64,000 nucleotides of DNA from Sulfurovum sp. (GTDB lineage: Bacteria > Campylobacterota > Campylobacteria > Campylobacterales > Sulfurovaceae): the NCBI RefSeq assembly GCF_024762315.1, contig NZ_JANTHR010000002.1, one strand, 5' to 3'. Below, piece by piece: positions 30,416 to 39,557 of this stretch. The position numbers were made by a program, and so were the translations under genes. Position 1 is the stretch's first letter. Each line of letters begins with the position of its first letter. Below the pieces are notes generated by a model. That model did no database searches and was not told where the DNA came from. It was given only the letters and a program-made list of their open reading frames with translations.

Positions 30416-32875
30416 TTACACTCTCCTTATTTCTACATTGGTTTCATGCATTGATGCGGCACCATAGACTGGTTCTGTCACATCTTCAATGACCGCATTA
30501 TCGTTTCCACCGTTTTTATAAGCCCAGGTCAGGGCTTCACTCTCTTCACCGAATCCATGTACAAAGAAGATCGTTTGAGGTCCTACTTTTTCTGTGGGGT
30601 ATGCTTTTATTATTGTTTTACCTGTACGACTTGATATTTCAAGTGTATCACCAAACTTAATACCTTTTTCTTCTGCTACACGTCGATTGATCCATGCATA
30701 ATTTTCATAGATCAGATCTCTAAGCATTGCATTATTGGAGGTACCGCTTTGTGTAAACTGTGCATGACGTCCTGTAAGCATTCTGAATTTTCCTTCCGGG
30801 ACAGAGAAATTGTATTCATCTTTCCAGATCGGCATAGGATCAACACCTTTTTTTGCCAGGTTGGGAAGATTACATTCAACTTTTTGACTATGTGTTTTCG
30901 GTTTTCCGCCATTCACACTATAGGCTTTCTCTTTTTCCGGATAATATTGATGTTCATTCACAGAAATTTGCTTAAAGAATTTATCCATATTCGGATAGAA
31001 AACACCATGCTCTTTTAGTGCTTTGACCGCTTCTTCCCCATACACACTTTTTACCATATGTTCATTCACTTCTTCTTGAGAGTGTTCAAACGGTTTTGTC
31101 AGATCAAACTCTGCATAAACTTCTTCTTCTTTCTGTGCCGGGGTCTTTTTATCTTCACCATCACCAAGGTTAGCCAACTCTTCCTGAACATCTTCATCAT
31201 ATTTTTTAGTGATCTCAAAAATAGGTTTAGAAATTTTTTCAGTCAATCCTCTCATGATATCCATTACCGGTTTGGTCTCGAACATCGGATCTACAACTTT
31301 ATTTCTTTGTGCAATAGATGGTTCAATCCCTCCAAATGTTTTAACGGGATCTGTTCTTTCAAGATAGGTACACTCAGGAAGTACGACATCTGCATACATT
31401 ACGGTATCACTTGGCATCGTGTCTATAGTCACTACCAATTCCATTTTTTTCAGCATTTGGGCTGTTTTTTCTGTATTTGGCATATTCATCATTGGATTAT
31501 GTTTATAACAGAACATACCTCTTACTTTATATGGCATTCTGCCTTCCAAAAATCTGTTTCTCCATGCAATCCATGAACCACCGCCACTGACAACAGCACA
31601 ATCAGAATAACCTGCATGCCCTTTTTTAGGGATTTTTGTTTTATCTACCGCTCTTGCTTCTGCTCTGGCATAGATTGGTTCCAATCCTTCATGTTTGCCA
31701 AGTTTCAATTTTTTACCAAAGACCAATCCGCCTTTGGTATCGATTCCTCCGCTCAGTCCCTGGAAGATCGCCATTGCACGACGAAGTTGGAAGTCATTGT
31801 TTGCAAATGTACTTCTTCTTCCGGGATAGTAGACTGCCTTAGGAGCATGTGCCATAAAGTCTCTGGCTATTTGATAAATATCTTTTGCTCTGATACCCGT
31901 AATTTTTTCAGCCCATTCCGGTGTATATTTATTATCAAGTACAGACTTTTTATACTCATCAAAACCGTTGAAGTTTTCAGCGACATATTTTTTATTGTAA
32001 AGTTCTTCAGTAAGGACCACATACGTCAGTGCCAAGACAAATGCCAAGTCGGTACCGGGGTTGATCGCCAACCATTTATCTGCTTTTGCTGCAGTATTGG
32101 TAAACCTCGGATCGATACAGATGAGTTTTGCTCCTCTGCCCTTGGTTCTTTTGAAACCATCCATGGTATCCGGAGTCACGATCGCTTCAGCTCTGTTGGC
32201 ACCTGCCATGATAATATATTCTGCATTCTCCAAGTCAGCTGCAGTATAACCACCTAAAGTAACTCCATAGCCGGATACTACCGTTTGAAGACAAAGTGAT
32301 GCATGGTTCAACCAGTTTGATGAACCAAATGCAGAAAAGAATGTTTTAAAGGTATGTTCAGCCATACCCTCACCCGCACAAAATAAAAATGATGAACGGT
32401 TATCTTTCTCTTCTTCAAGAATTTTTCCCATACCGGGGAATTTATCTGTACCGTTTAAAATAGCATCATAAGCCTCTTCCCATGAAACTCTCTTAAATTT
32501 ACCTTCACCTTTCTCGCCTACTCTTATCATCGGGAATTTAAGTCTATCCGGATCATACAGTGCCTGGATTCCTGCATTACCCCTTGGACAAAGCATGTTC
32601 TTTGATTTTGGAAATAATGGATTTGGATTAAGTTTTGTAACCACTCCATTTTCTACTCTTGCTACAGCAGCACATTTATTAACACACATTTCACATAATG
32701 TTGCTATTTCTTTTGCTTCACCTGTTCCTGTTTTCGTAGTAACCGTAAGTTCACCTTTGGCTTCATGTTCACCATGGCCTGCCAAAAGGTTTGTCACACC
32801 TACACTCGAGCCGCCAATAATACTTAAAGCTACACTACCCTGAAGAAATTTTCTTCTAGACACTTCAACCTGCAT
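30416..32875 (-). CDS. psrA: Molybdopterin oxidoreductase catalytic subunit, polysulfide/thiosulfate reductase (PsrA/PhsA)-type
   Basis: 819 aa. Tat signal SRRKFLQGS, FS0 motif CEMCVNKC...LCPRGNAG, strong SD AAGGAGG 6 nt upstream. Substrate is not determinable from sequence. Confidence 0.8.
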   Translation of the reverse strand: MQVEVSRRKFLQGSVALSIIGGSSVGVTNLLAGHGEHEAKGELTVTTKTGTGEAKEIATLCEMCVNKCAAVARVENGVVTKLNPNPLFPKSKNMLCPRGNAGIQALYDPDRLKFPMIRVGEKGEGKFKRVSWEEAYDAILNGTDKFPGMGKILEEEKDNRSSFLFCAGEGMAEHTFKTFFSAFGSSNWLNHASLCLQTVVSGYGVTLGGYTAADLENAEYIIMAGANRAEAIVTPDTMDGFKRTKGRGAKLICIDPRFTNTAAKADKWLAINPGTDLAFVLALTYVVLTEELYNKKYVAENFNGFDEYKKSVLDNKYTPEWAEKITGIRAKDIYQIARDFMAHAPKAVYYPGRRSTFANNDFQLRRAMAIFQGLSGGIDTKGGLVFGKKLKLGKHEGLEPIYARAEARAVDKTKIPKKGHAGYSDCAVVSGGGSWIAWRNRFLEGRMPYKVRGMFCYKHNPMMNMPNTEKTAQMLKKMELVVTIDTMPSDTVMYADVVLPECTYLERTDPVKTFGGIEPSIAQRNKVVDPMFETKPVMDIMRGLTEKISKPIFEITKKYDEDVQEELANLGDGEDKKTPAQKEEEVYAEFDLTKPFEHSQEEVNEHMVKSVYGEEAVKALKEHGVFYPNMDKFFKQISVNEHQYYPEKEKAYSVNGGKPKTHSQKVECNLPNLAKKGVDPMPIWKDEYNFSVPEGKFRMLTGRHAQFTQSGTSNNAMLRDLIYENYAWINRRVAEEKGIKFGDTLEISSRTGKTIIKAYPTEKVGPQTIFFVHGFGEESEALTWAYKNGGNDNAVIEDVTEPVYGAASMHETNVEIRRV

Positions 32876-33092
32876 TAGGTACCCTCCTTCTATAAAAATT
32901 ATTGCTTAATAAATAGGAGCAAATTACTCCTGTTTATAAGAGTACATTATATTTTATAGTAGTTAGGCTTATATAAATATGATTTAAATCAAGAATTAAC
33001 GTTTTTTATATAAAATTAAAACATTTTTACGTCAAATTTACTTTAGTATAAATTAAACTAATATTAATTATAAAATAAGATAATAATAAATA

Positions 33093-34673
33093 TTATTGAA
33101 CGATTTTTTCTACCATCAACTGCAAAGTTACATTTCCTCTGAAATGATTCTCATTCACCGTATAGATCACATCTACTCTGGATCCTAACTCATAAACTTC
33201 CCGGGTTTTAAACTGTACACCAGCCATCACAATACCTTCTTGGGCAAAAGAAAAACGTAGATGTTCACTCTCCTTTCCCATGGTATCAGCTTGTAGAATT
33301 TCTACATTTTTAGAGATAAATTTAGGGGTAGGATTTCCTTCTCCATAAGGTTCATACTGTTTTATGAGCCTTGTAAGATCAAAAGAGATCTCTCTAAAAT
33401 CAAGTTCCCCTACAATATCCGGATCTATTTCTTCTTTGCTGAAATTACTTTGTACAAAGTTGATTTGAAGCTCTTCTTTAAAAACTTCCAAATTTTCAGT
33501 TTTCAAAGAGAGACCAATGGCCGCCTGATGTCCTCCGAATTTTTCCAAATTTTTTCTGCAACTCTCTGTCATACCGAACAGATCACAACTTCCAAAGCTT
33601 CGCCCGCTTCCTTTGAGTAATCCCCTGCCATTATTGCTGAGTACAATACAGGGTTTTTCATGATGACGTGCTACTCTGGCTGCAACAATACCCACAACAC
33701 CCTCATGCCACTCCTCACCCTCTACTACGATAACTTCATCGTCAAGATCAACCTGTGCCAAAGCTTTGACGGTGATCTCCTGTTCAGCGGCTTTGCGTGC
33801 AATATTAAAGTCTATTAAATGCCCCAGTCTCACTCTGGCATCATAGATATTGGTAGAGATTAAAAATTCTACAGCATATTTTGCATCATCCATGCGTCCT
33901 GCACTGTTCAGCAGCGGTGCTAAAAAAAAGCCTATATCTTCCGCATTGAGTGTTTCTTTTTGAGCATGTTCCAAAAATGCTCTTATGGCTGGTCTTGTAC
34001 TTTTATTGAGTGCTTTTATCCCTGCTGTTACCATGGCTCTGTTAATGTGTTGCAAAGGCATCATATCAGCGATAACCGCTATGGATACAAGCTCCATATA
34101 TTCCATCATATTGATCTTTATCCCAAGAGCATTTTTCACTGAAGCAATAAGATACCAGGCAATTTGAGCACCACATACATCACTGTAGGGAAAACTGCAC
34201 TCTTGCTGTTTTTGATCAATAATAGCATAAGCTTCAGGTACTTGCTGAGCTAAAAGATGATGGTCGGTAATGATAAGTTCTATACCTTCTTCTTTACAAA
34301 GCTTGGCTGCATACACTGCTGAGATGCCGTTATCTACCGTAATAGCCAGATCTGTACCGAGTATACGGGGAATAATATTTTCAGAGAGTCCGTATCCGTC
34401 TCTGAAACGGTTTGGAATGATCCACTCGACAGGATACCCGATCTCATCAAAAAAAAGTTTCATCAACGTGGTAGAAGTTACACCGTCTACATCATAATCA
34501 CCGATAATGGTTATTTTTTCTTTAAGTTGTATGGCTTGTACAATACGCTTGGTAGCTTTGTCCATATCTTTAAAAGCAGAAGGTTGGGGAAGGTCTTTCA
34601 AAGAGAGAAAACCCTCTTTAAAACGTGCATTTAAAAGTCTCTCCAACGCATTGAGCGTTATGGCTGGGTACAT
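33093..34673 (-). CDS. recJ: Single-stranded-DNA-specific exonuclease RecJ
   Basis: 526 aa. DHH motifs (GDYDVDGVTS, ITDHH) and DHHA1 motif (GGHQAA). Confidence 0.9.
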   Translation of the reverse strand: MYPAITLNALERLLNARFKEGFLSLKDLPQPSAFKDMDKATKRIVQAIQLKEKITIIGDYDVDGVTSTTLMKLFFDEIGYPVEWIIPNRFRDGYGLSENIIPRILGTDLAITVDNGISAVYAAKLCKEEGIELIITDHHLLAQQVPEAYAIIDQKQQECSFPYSDVCGAQIAWYLIASVKNALGIKINMMEYMELVSIAVIADMMPLQHINRAMVTAGIKALNKSTRPAIRAFLEHAQKETLNAEDIGFFLAPLLNSAGRMDDAKYAVEFLISTNIYDARVRLGHLIDFNIARKAAEQEITVKALAQVDLDDEVIVVEGEEWHEGVVGIVAARVARHHEKPCIVLSNNGRGLLKGSGRSFGSCDLFGMTESCRKNLEKFGGHQAAIGLSLKTENLEVFKEELQINFVQSNFSKEEIDPDIVGELDFREISFDLTRLIKQYEPYGEGNPTPKFISKNVEILQADTMGKESEHLRFSFAQEGIVMAGVQFKTREVYELGSRVDVIYTVNENHFRGNVTLQLMVEKIVQ

Positions 34674-36305
34674 CTATTTTTTTTGTTCCATAGATGCTTT
34701 TACAAAAGCTAAAATAGCAGGGTTTGCATTTTGCAGTCTCGAAGTAAATTCAGGATGGAATTGTACGCCGAGGAACCATGGATGATCCACCACTTCAACT
34801 GCTTCGATCAATCCGTGTGATTCTCCGGTAATATCCATACCCTTTGCTTCCAAGGCTTCTCTGTATTTGGGATTGGCCTCATAACGGTGTCTGTGTCTCT
34901 CATAGATCACACTGGCATCATAAGCCGCTCTAAGATTTGAACCCTCTTTTGTCTCACATTCATATTCACCGAGTCTAAGTGTTCCACCCATAGGAGAAGT
35001 CGTTGTTCTTATCTGTTTTGCTCCACCCGCATCAATGAATTCATCAATAAGGTAAATAATGGGGTTTGAAGTATTCTCATCAAATTCAACGGAATTAGCA
35101 TCTTTAAGTCCAAGGACGTTTCTGGCAAATTCTACCATGGAAAGCTGCATACCTAAGCAGATACCCAAAAAAGGTATTTTCTCTTCTCTGGCATATTGTA
35201 TCGCCTGGATCTTTCCTTCAACACCACGCTCACCAAAGCCGCCTGCAACCAAAATACCCTCACAATCATTCAAGAATTTTGCTGCACCCTCTTCTTCAAT
35301 TTTTTCACTGTCCACCCATTTGATGTTTACTCTGCTGTCAAGATGTGCTCCCGCATGAATCAGTGCTTCTGTCAATGATTTGTATGACTCTTTGAGATCC
35401 AGATATTTTCCCACAAATGCTATTTTAACTTCATCACTAGGCATAATGATCTTATGTACAAGGTCAGTCCATTCATCCATCTTTGGCTGACAGTTTTCAA
35501 GTTCCAGTTGTTTGCAAATAGGTGTAAGAATATCCTGTCGTAAAAAATTAAGCGGTACCTGATAGATGGTTGAAGCATCTTCAGCGACAATGACTGATTC
35601 TTCATCCACATCACAACTATAGGCAATTTTCTTCTTAATATCCGCAGATACAGGTACTTCTGCTCTGAGTACCAGCATATGAGGTGCTATACCGATACGT
35701 CTGAGTTCCTGTACTGAGTGCTGTGTCGGTTTTGTCTTAAGTTCACCTGCCGCTTTGATATAAGGCAAAAGTGTAACATGAACGTTCATCACTTGAGATT
35801 TTCCAAGTTCATGTTTCATTTGCCTGATAGTCTCAAGAAAAGGAAGACCTTCAATATCACCCGTTGTTCCCCCGAGTTCTACAATAAGAATATCCTTGCC
35901 CTCTCCAGCACGAACAATACGTTCTTTGATCTCATTGACTATATGTGGAACTACCTGGATCGTTTTTCCGAGATATTTACCTTTACGCTCATTTTCAATA
36001 ACTGTTTTATAGACCAGTCCTGTTGTAAAATTATTGTTTTGAGTCAATGAGGTATCTAAAAATCTTTCATAGTGTCCCAGATCCAGATCGGTCTCAGCAC
36101 CGTCTTTGGTAACAAAAACTTCACCATGTTCCAATGGAGACATCGTTCCGGGATCCACATTGATATAAGGGTCTAATTTTAAGACACCTACTCTTTGTCC
36201 TGTATGTTTAAGTAAAGTACCTATACTCGCTGCCGTAATTCCTTTTCCCAAAGAGCTCAGAACACCACCGGTAACAAAAATATATTTTGTTTGAATTTCA
36301 CTCAT
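34674..36305 (-). CDS. pyrG: CTP synthase
   Basis: 543 aa. N-terminus [16 protein letters not shown] and glutaminase motif GICLGMQ. Confidence 0.95.
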   Translation of the reverse strand: MSEIQTKYIFVTGGVLSSLGKGITAASIGTLLKHTGQRVGVLKLDPYINVDPGTMSPLEHGEVFVTKDGAETDLDLGHYERFLDTSLTQNNNFTTGLVYKTVIENERKGKYLGKTIQVVPHIVNEIKERIVRAGEGKDILIVELGGTTGDIEGLPFLETIRQMKHELGKSQVMNVHVTLLPYIKAAGELKTKPTQHSVQELRRIGIAPHMLVLRAEVPVSADIKKKIAYSCDVDEESVIVAEDASTIYQVPLNFLRQDILTPICKQLELENCQPKMDEWTDLVHKIIMPSDEVKIAFVGKYLDLKESYKSLTEALIHAGAHLDSRVNIKWVDSEKIEEEGAAKFLNDCEGILVAGGFGERGVEGKIQAIQYAREEKIPFLGICLGMQLSMVEFARNVLGLKDANSVEFDENTSNPIIYLIDEFIDAGGAKQIRTTTSPMGGTLRLGEYECETKEGSNLRAAYDASVIYERHRHRYEANPKYREALEAKGMDITGESHGLIEAVEVVDHPWFLGVQFHPEFTSRLQNANPAILAFVKASMEQKK

Positions 36306-36324
36306 CTAACTTTGTTCCTTTAAC

Positions 36325-37392
36325 TTATGCAACAATCGGCATAATGATCGTAATAAAATTATCGTCTTTCACGATAAATGGTAAAGAAGGTTCATTAAAT
36401 TCAATAGTAAATTCATTTTTGTCTATTTGAGAAATAAAATCTAAAATATACTTACTGTTGAAACTTAATTCAAATTTTTCATTTAAACCGGTATTGAGTT
36501 CCAATTCTGTTTTAGCTTCTACGTTGTCTGAACTTAATGAGTTAAAGATAATAACATCCGAAAGCAATGTCATTTTAATTTCCTGAGAAATCGTTGTGAT
36601 CATCTTAATCGCATCTATCATCTCTTTTTTTGGTAAAACTATTTGATGTTTTGTTGAAGTTGGGACGATTCTCTGATAATCTGGAAATCTACCGTTGATC
36701 AGTCTCGTATAAAAGAAATAATTCTCATTGGTAATAATAAGATTGGTTTCATCAAAAAAGATATCGATTTGATCTAAGAAGAGTTTTTGTATTTCCAAAA
36801 TTGCTTTTTTAGGTACAATTAAAGAGAGTTCTTCACTGTTTGAACTCGGAATAGTTGCAATCGCCAATCTTCTCGTATCTGTACCGACAAGATCTGTAGA
36901 ATCTTTTTTAATATTTATAAGAGCTCCGTTGAGTTCAAATTTTGGATTATTTGTATCTATAGCAGGAGAGATCTTTTTAAGGTTTTGAATAAGACTTAAA
37001 GAATCCAGTGTTATTTGAGGTTTATCTTCTATGGTTGGAAAATCAGGATAAGAAGTAGGATCAAATGTAGGTAATTTGAATTTGGAATGTTTTTGTTTAA
37101 CGATAAGTGTATTGTCCAAAAGTTCCAAAATGATTTCATCATCTTTTAAAATACGGATGATATCAAGCAGTTTTTTACCGTTGGCAGTAAAAGAACCTTC
37201 TGATTCAATTGCAATATGATCTGTAACAATTTTTAAACCGATCTCTCCGTCTGTTGCTTTAACAATACATTTACTATTTTGAGTATTAAACAATATATGT
37301 GATGTGATCTGACTTGCATCTTTTTTTTCTAAAAAAGGTTGTAGATTGATGAGTATTGATTCTATAATTTGTTTTTCTGCTCTTATCTTCAT
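36325..37392 (-). CDS. dnaN: DNA polymerase III beta sliding clamp
   Basis: 355 aa with three-domain clamp pattern. Immediately downstream of dnaA. Confidence 0.85.
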   Translation of the reverse strand: MKIRAEKQIIESILINLQPFLEKKDASQITSHILFNTQNSKCIVKATDGEIGLKIVTDHIAIESEGSFTANGKKLLDIIRILKDDEIILELLDNTLIVKQKHSKFKLPTFDPTSYPDFPTIEDKPQITLDSLSLIQNLKKISPAIDTNNPKFELNGALINIKKDSTDLVGTDTRRLAIATIPSSNSEELSLIVPKKAILEIQKLFLDQIDIFFDETNLIITNENYFFYTRLINGRFPDYQRIVPTSTKHQIVLPKKEMIDAIKMITTISQEIKMTLLSDVIIFNSLSSDNVEAKTELELNTGLNEKFELSFNSKYILDFISQIDKNEFTIEFNEPSLPFIVKDDNFITIIMPIVA

Positions 37393-37564
37393 AGACTCCC
37401 CTTATTTTTAATAATTTAGTAGATAATAGTAGTTTGACATGAATATGTGAAAAACCACTCTACTGCCTCTCTTACCGTTGTTAGACGAAATGTTTAAAGA
37501 AGATTAAACATTCACATATTTTCACTTTTAAAATTATATCTTTTTTTTATTCAAGTTTTATAAG
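37393..37564. other. Candidate oriC sub-region 2 (dnaA-dnaN spacer): DnaA-box-like 9-mers plus an AT-rich tract
   Basis: TGTGAAAAA (37446-37454, reverse), ACATTCACA (37508-37516), ATTTTCACT (37518-37526), then an AT-rich run 37527-37564. Confidence 0.45.
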
Positions 37565-38899
37565 TCAATTCTCAAGATTTTGTGTATCGGTATGAATTTT
37601 ATTTGAGAGCTCATCCAATAATACTTTGAAATTCTCGTCATTGTCTATGATCTCATTGATCTTTTTCATGGCATGAGAGATGGCGGTATGGTCTTTCATA
37701 CCGAAATACAAGGCAATTTGGGGCATGGAATTGGGTGTAAGATTCCGGGCCAAATAAATAGCTGTCCTTCTTGCATTTACAACGTTTTTAGTACGTTTTT
37801 TGGATTTGATGTCAGAAGGCTTGATATTAAGTTCTTTAGAGACGATCTTGACGATATCATCTATGGTGACATTCTCTTTTTTCTCTTTAAGCTGGTCTTT
37901 GATGGCATTTTGGGCAAAATCAAGCGTGATATCCTGGCCCAGCATTGAAGAAAGAGCATTGAGTTTAATGAGCGTTCCTTCGATCTCACGGATATTCTCT
38001 CCCATATGTGTAGCAATGAAATGAATCACTTCCTGTGAGAGCTTAATGCCGTCAAGCTCACATTTCTTCTGGATAATAGCGATCTTTGTTTCAAGCCCGG
38101 GAGGTTGAATATCAGCCATAAGTCCCCATTCAAATCTTGTTTTAAGCCTATCTACCAGTCCGGCGATCTTGTTGGGTGCCCTGTCCGCAGTGATAACGAT
38201 TTGTTTATTCGCATTATAAAGTTCATTGAAAGTATGAAAAAATTCTTCCTGTGTCTGTTCTTTACGGCTTAGAAACTGTATATCATCTATAAGAAGCAGA
38301 TCACATGCCCTGAATTTATCTCTAAACCTGTCCATGGTCTGAGAACGTAAATGCGAAGTAAATGAATTCATGAATTGTTCAAGTGTGGTATAGATAACGG
38401 TTTTCCCCAAATCTATATGATAATTACCTATAGCTTGAAGTAAGTGTGTTTTCCCTAATCCAACACCCCCGTAAATGAAAAGAGGATTGTACTGAAGACC
38501 CGGTTTTTCTGCTACGGATTTTGCAGTGGTATAGGCAAATTGGTTGGAATCACCTACTATGAAACTCTCAAAGGTAAGAGAAGGATTCAAATAGGTACTT
38601 TTAGAAGAACTTTTTTCACTACTTTGTTTTATTGCAGTGGTGGGTGCTTGTTTTGCCTGTTTGCCCACAGTAATTTCAATTTCTGGCTTTACCTCATTCT
38701 GCAGTTCAAAAAGATGCATCAGCTTATCGGTATATTTTGTCTTTACCCATTTTGCAATAATCATATTGGGTGCCTTGAAATAGGCAATATTGCTTCGTGA
38801 ATGTTTGGTATCGTAGATCAGTTTTTTGATATAGCGCTCATATTCCGTTTGGCTGATCTCTTTTTTGAGTTCAAAAAGTACTTTTTGTCCAATATTCAT
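37565..38899 (-). CDS. dnaA: Chromosomal replication initiator DnaA
   Basis: 444 aa. Walker A GGVGLGKTHLL, LLIDDIQF, C-terminal box-binding domain (KDHTAISHAMKKI). Confidence 0.95.
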   Translation of the reverse strand: MNIGQKVLFELKKEISQTEYERYIKKLIYDTKHSRSNIAYFKAPNMIIAKWVKTKYTDKLMHLFELQNEVKPEIEITVGKQAKQAPTTAIKQSSEKSSSKSTYLNPSLTFESFIVGDSNQFAYTTAKSVAEKPGLQYNPLFIYGGVGLGKTHLLQAIGNYHIDLGKTVIYTTLEQFMNSFTSHLRSQTMDRFRDKFRACDLLLIDDIQFLSRKEQTQEEFFHTFNELYNANKQIVITADRAPNKIAGLVDRLKTRFEWGLMADIQPPGLETKIAIIQKKCELDGIKLSQEVIHFIATHMGENIREIEGTLIKLNALSSMLGQDITLDFAQNAIKDQLKEKKENVTIDDIVKIVSKELNIKPSDIKSKKRTKNVVNARRTAIYLARNLTPNSMPQIALYFGMKDHTAISHAMKKINEIIDNDENFKVLLDELSNKIHTDTQNLEN

Positions 38900-38936
38900 T
38901 TCATTTTAGCCTTGATATTTTTTCTGTGCGAACATA

Positions 38937-39069
38937 TTTTTCACATATTTAAAAGAGTTGAAAACCTTAATGTGAATAACTTATACTATTTTAGCTTATA
39001 TTAGCTAAAATAAGGCAATTAAACTCAGTTGAATAGTTTTATTCACTATGTGAACAAAGGTGTGAATGA
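38937..39069. other. Candidate oriC sub-region 1 (ruvC-dnaA spacer): cluster of five DnaA-box-like 9-mers
   Basis: TTTTTCACA 38937-38945; TGTGAATAA 38971-38979 (=TTATTCACA); TTATTCACT 39039-39047; TGTGAACAA 39049-39057; TGTGAATGA 39061-39069 (=TCATTCACA, overlaps the ruvC ATG). Confidence 0.6.
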
Positions 39070-39542
39070 ATATTTTAGGAATTGATCCAGGAAGCCGTAA
39101 TTTAGGGTATTGCATACTACATTGGGATGGAAAAAAGTTTTCACTTGTCGAGGCAGGTTTGCTTAAAATAAAGACCAAAGAGCTTCAAGAGCAGATCGTG
39201 GAGCTTGTTGAGGGTATAGACATTATTTTAAAGGCACATAAGGTGGATGAAGTAGCTATTGAAGATATCTTTTTTGCCTATAATCCAAAGTCCGTTCTGA
39301 AGCTTGCACAATTCAGAGGTGCGCTTTCTCTGAAAATACTTCAGGAAGTAGGATACTTTTATGAGTATACCCCTTTACAGGTGAAAAAATCAGTCACCGG
39401 GAACGGGAAAGCAGCTAAAGAACAAGTGGCATTTATGGTAAGAAGATTATTGGGTATCAAAAAAGAGATCAAGCCTCTGGATATCACTGATGCAATGGCC
39501 ATCGCTTTAACGCATCTTCAGCGTGTGAAAATGCGTAAATAA
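39066..39542 (+). CDS. ruvC: Holliday junction resolvase RuvC
   Basis: 158 aa. N-terminus [13 protein letters not shown] and catalytic acidic residues ([17 protein letters not shown]). Confidence 0.9.
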   Translation: MNILGIDPGSRNLGYCILHWDGKKFSLVEAGLLKIKTKELQEQIVELVEGIDIILKAHKVDEVAIEDIFFAYNPKSVLKLAQFRGALSLKILQEVGYFYEYTPLQVKKSVTGNGKAAKEQVAFMVRRLLGIKKEIKPLDITDAMAIALTHLQRVKMRK

Positions 39543-39557
39543 CTTTAGCAGTTGCTT

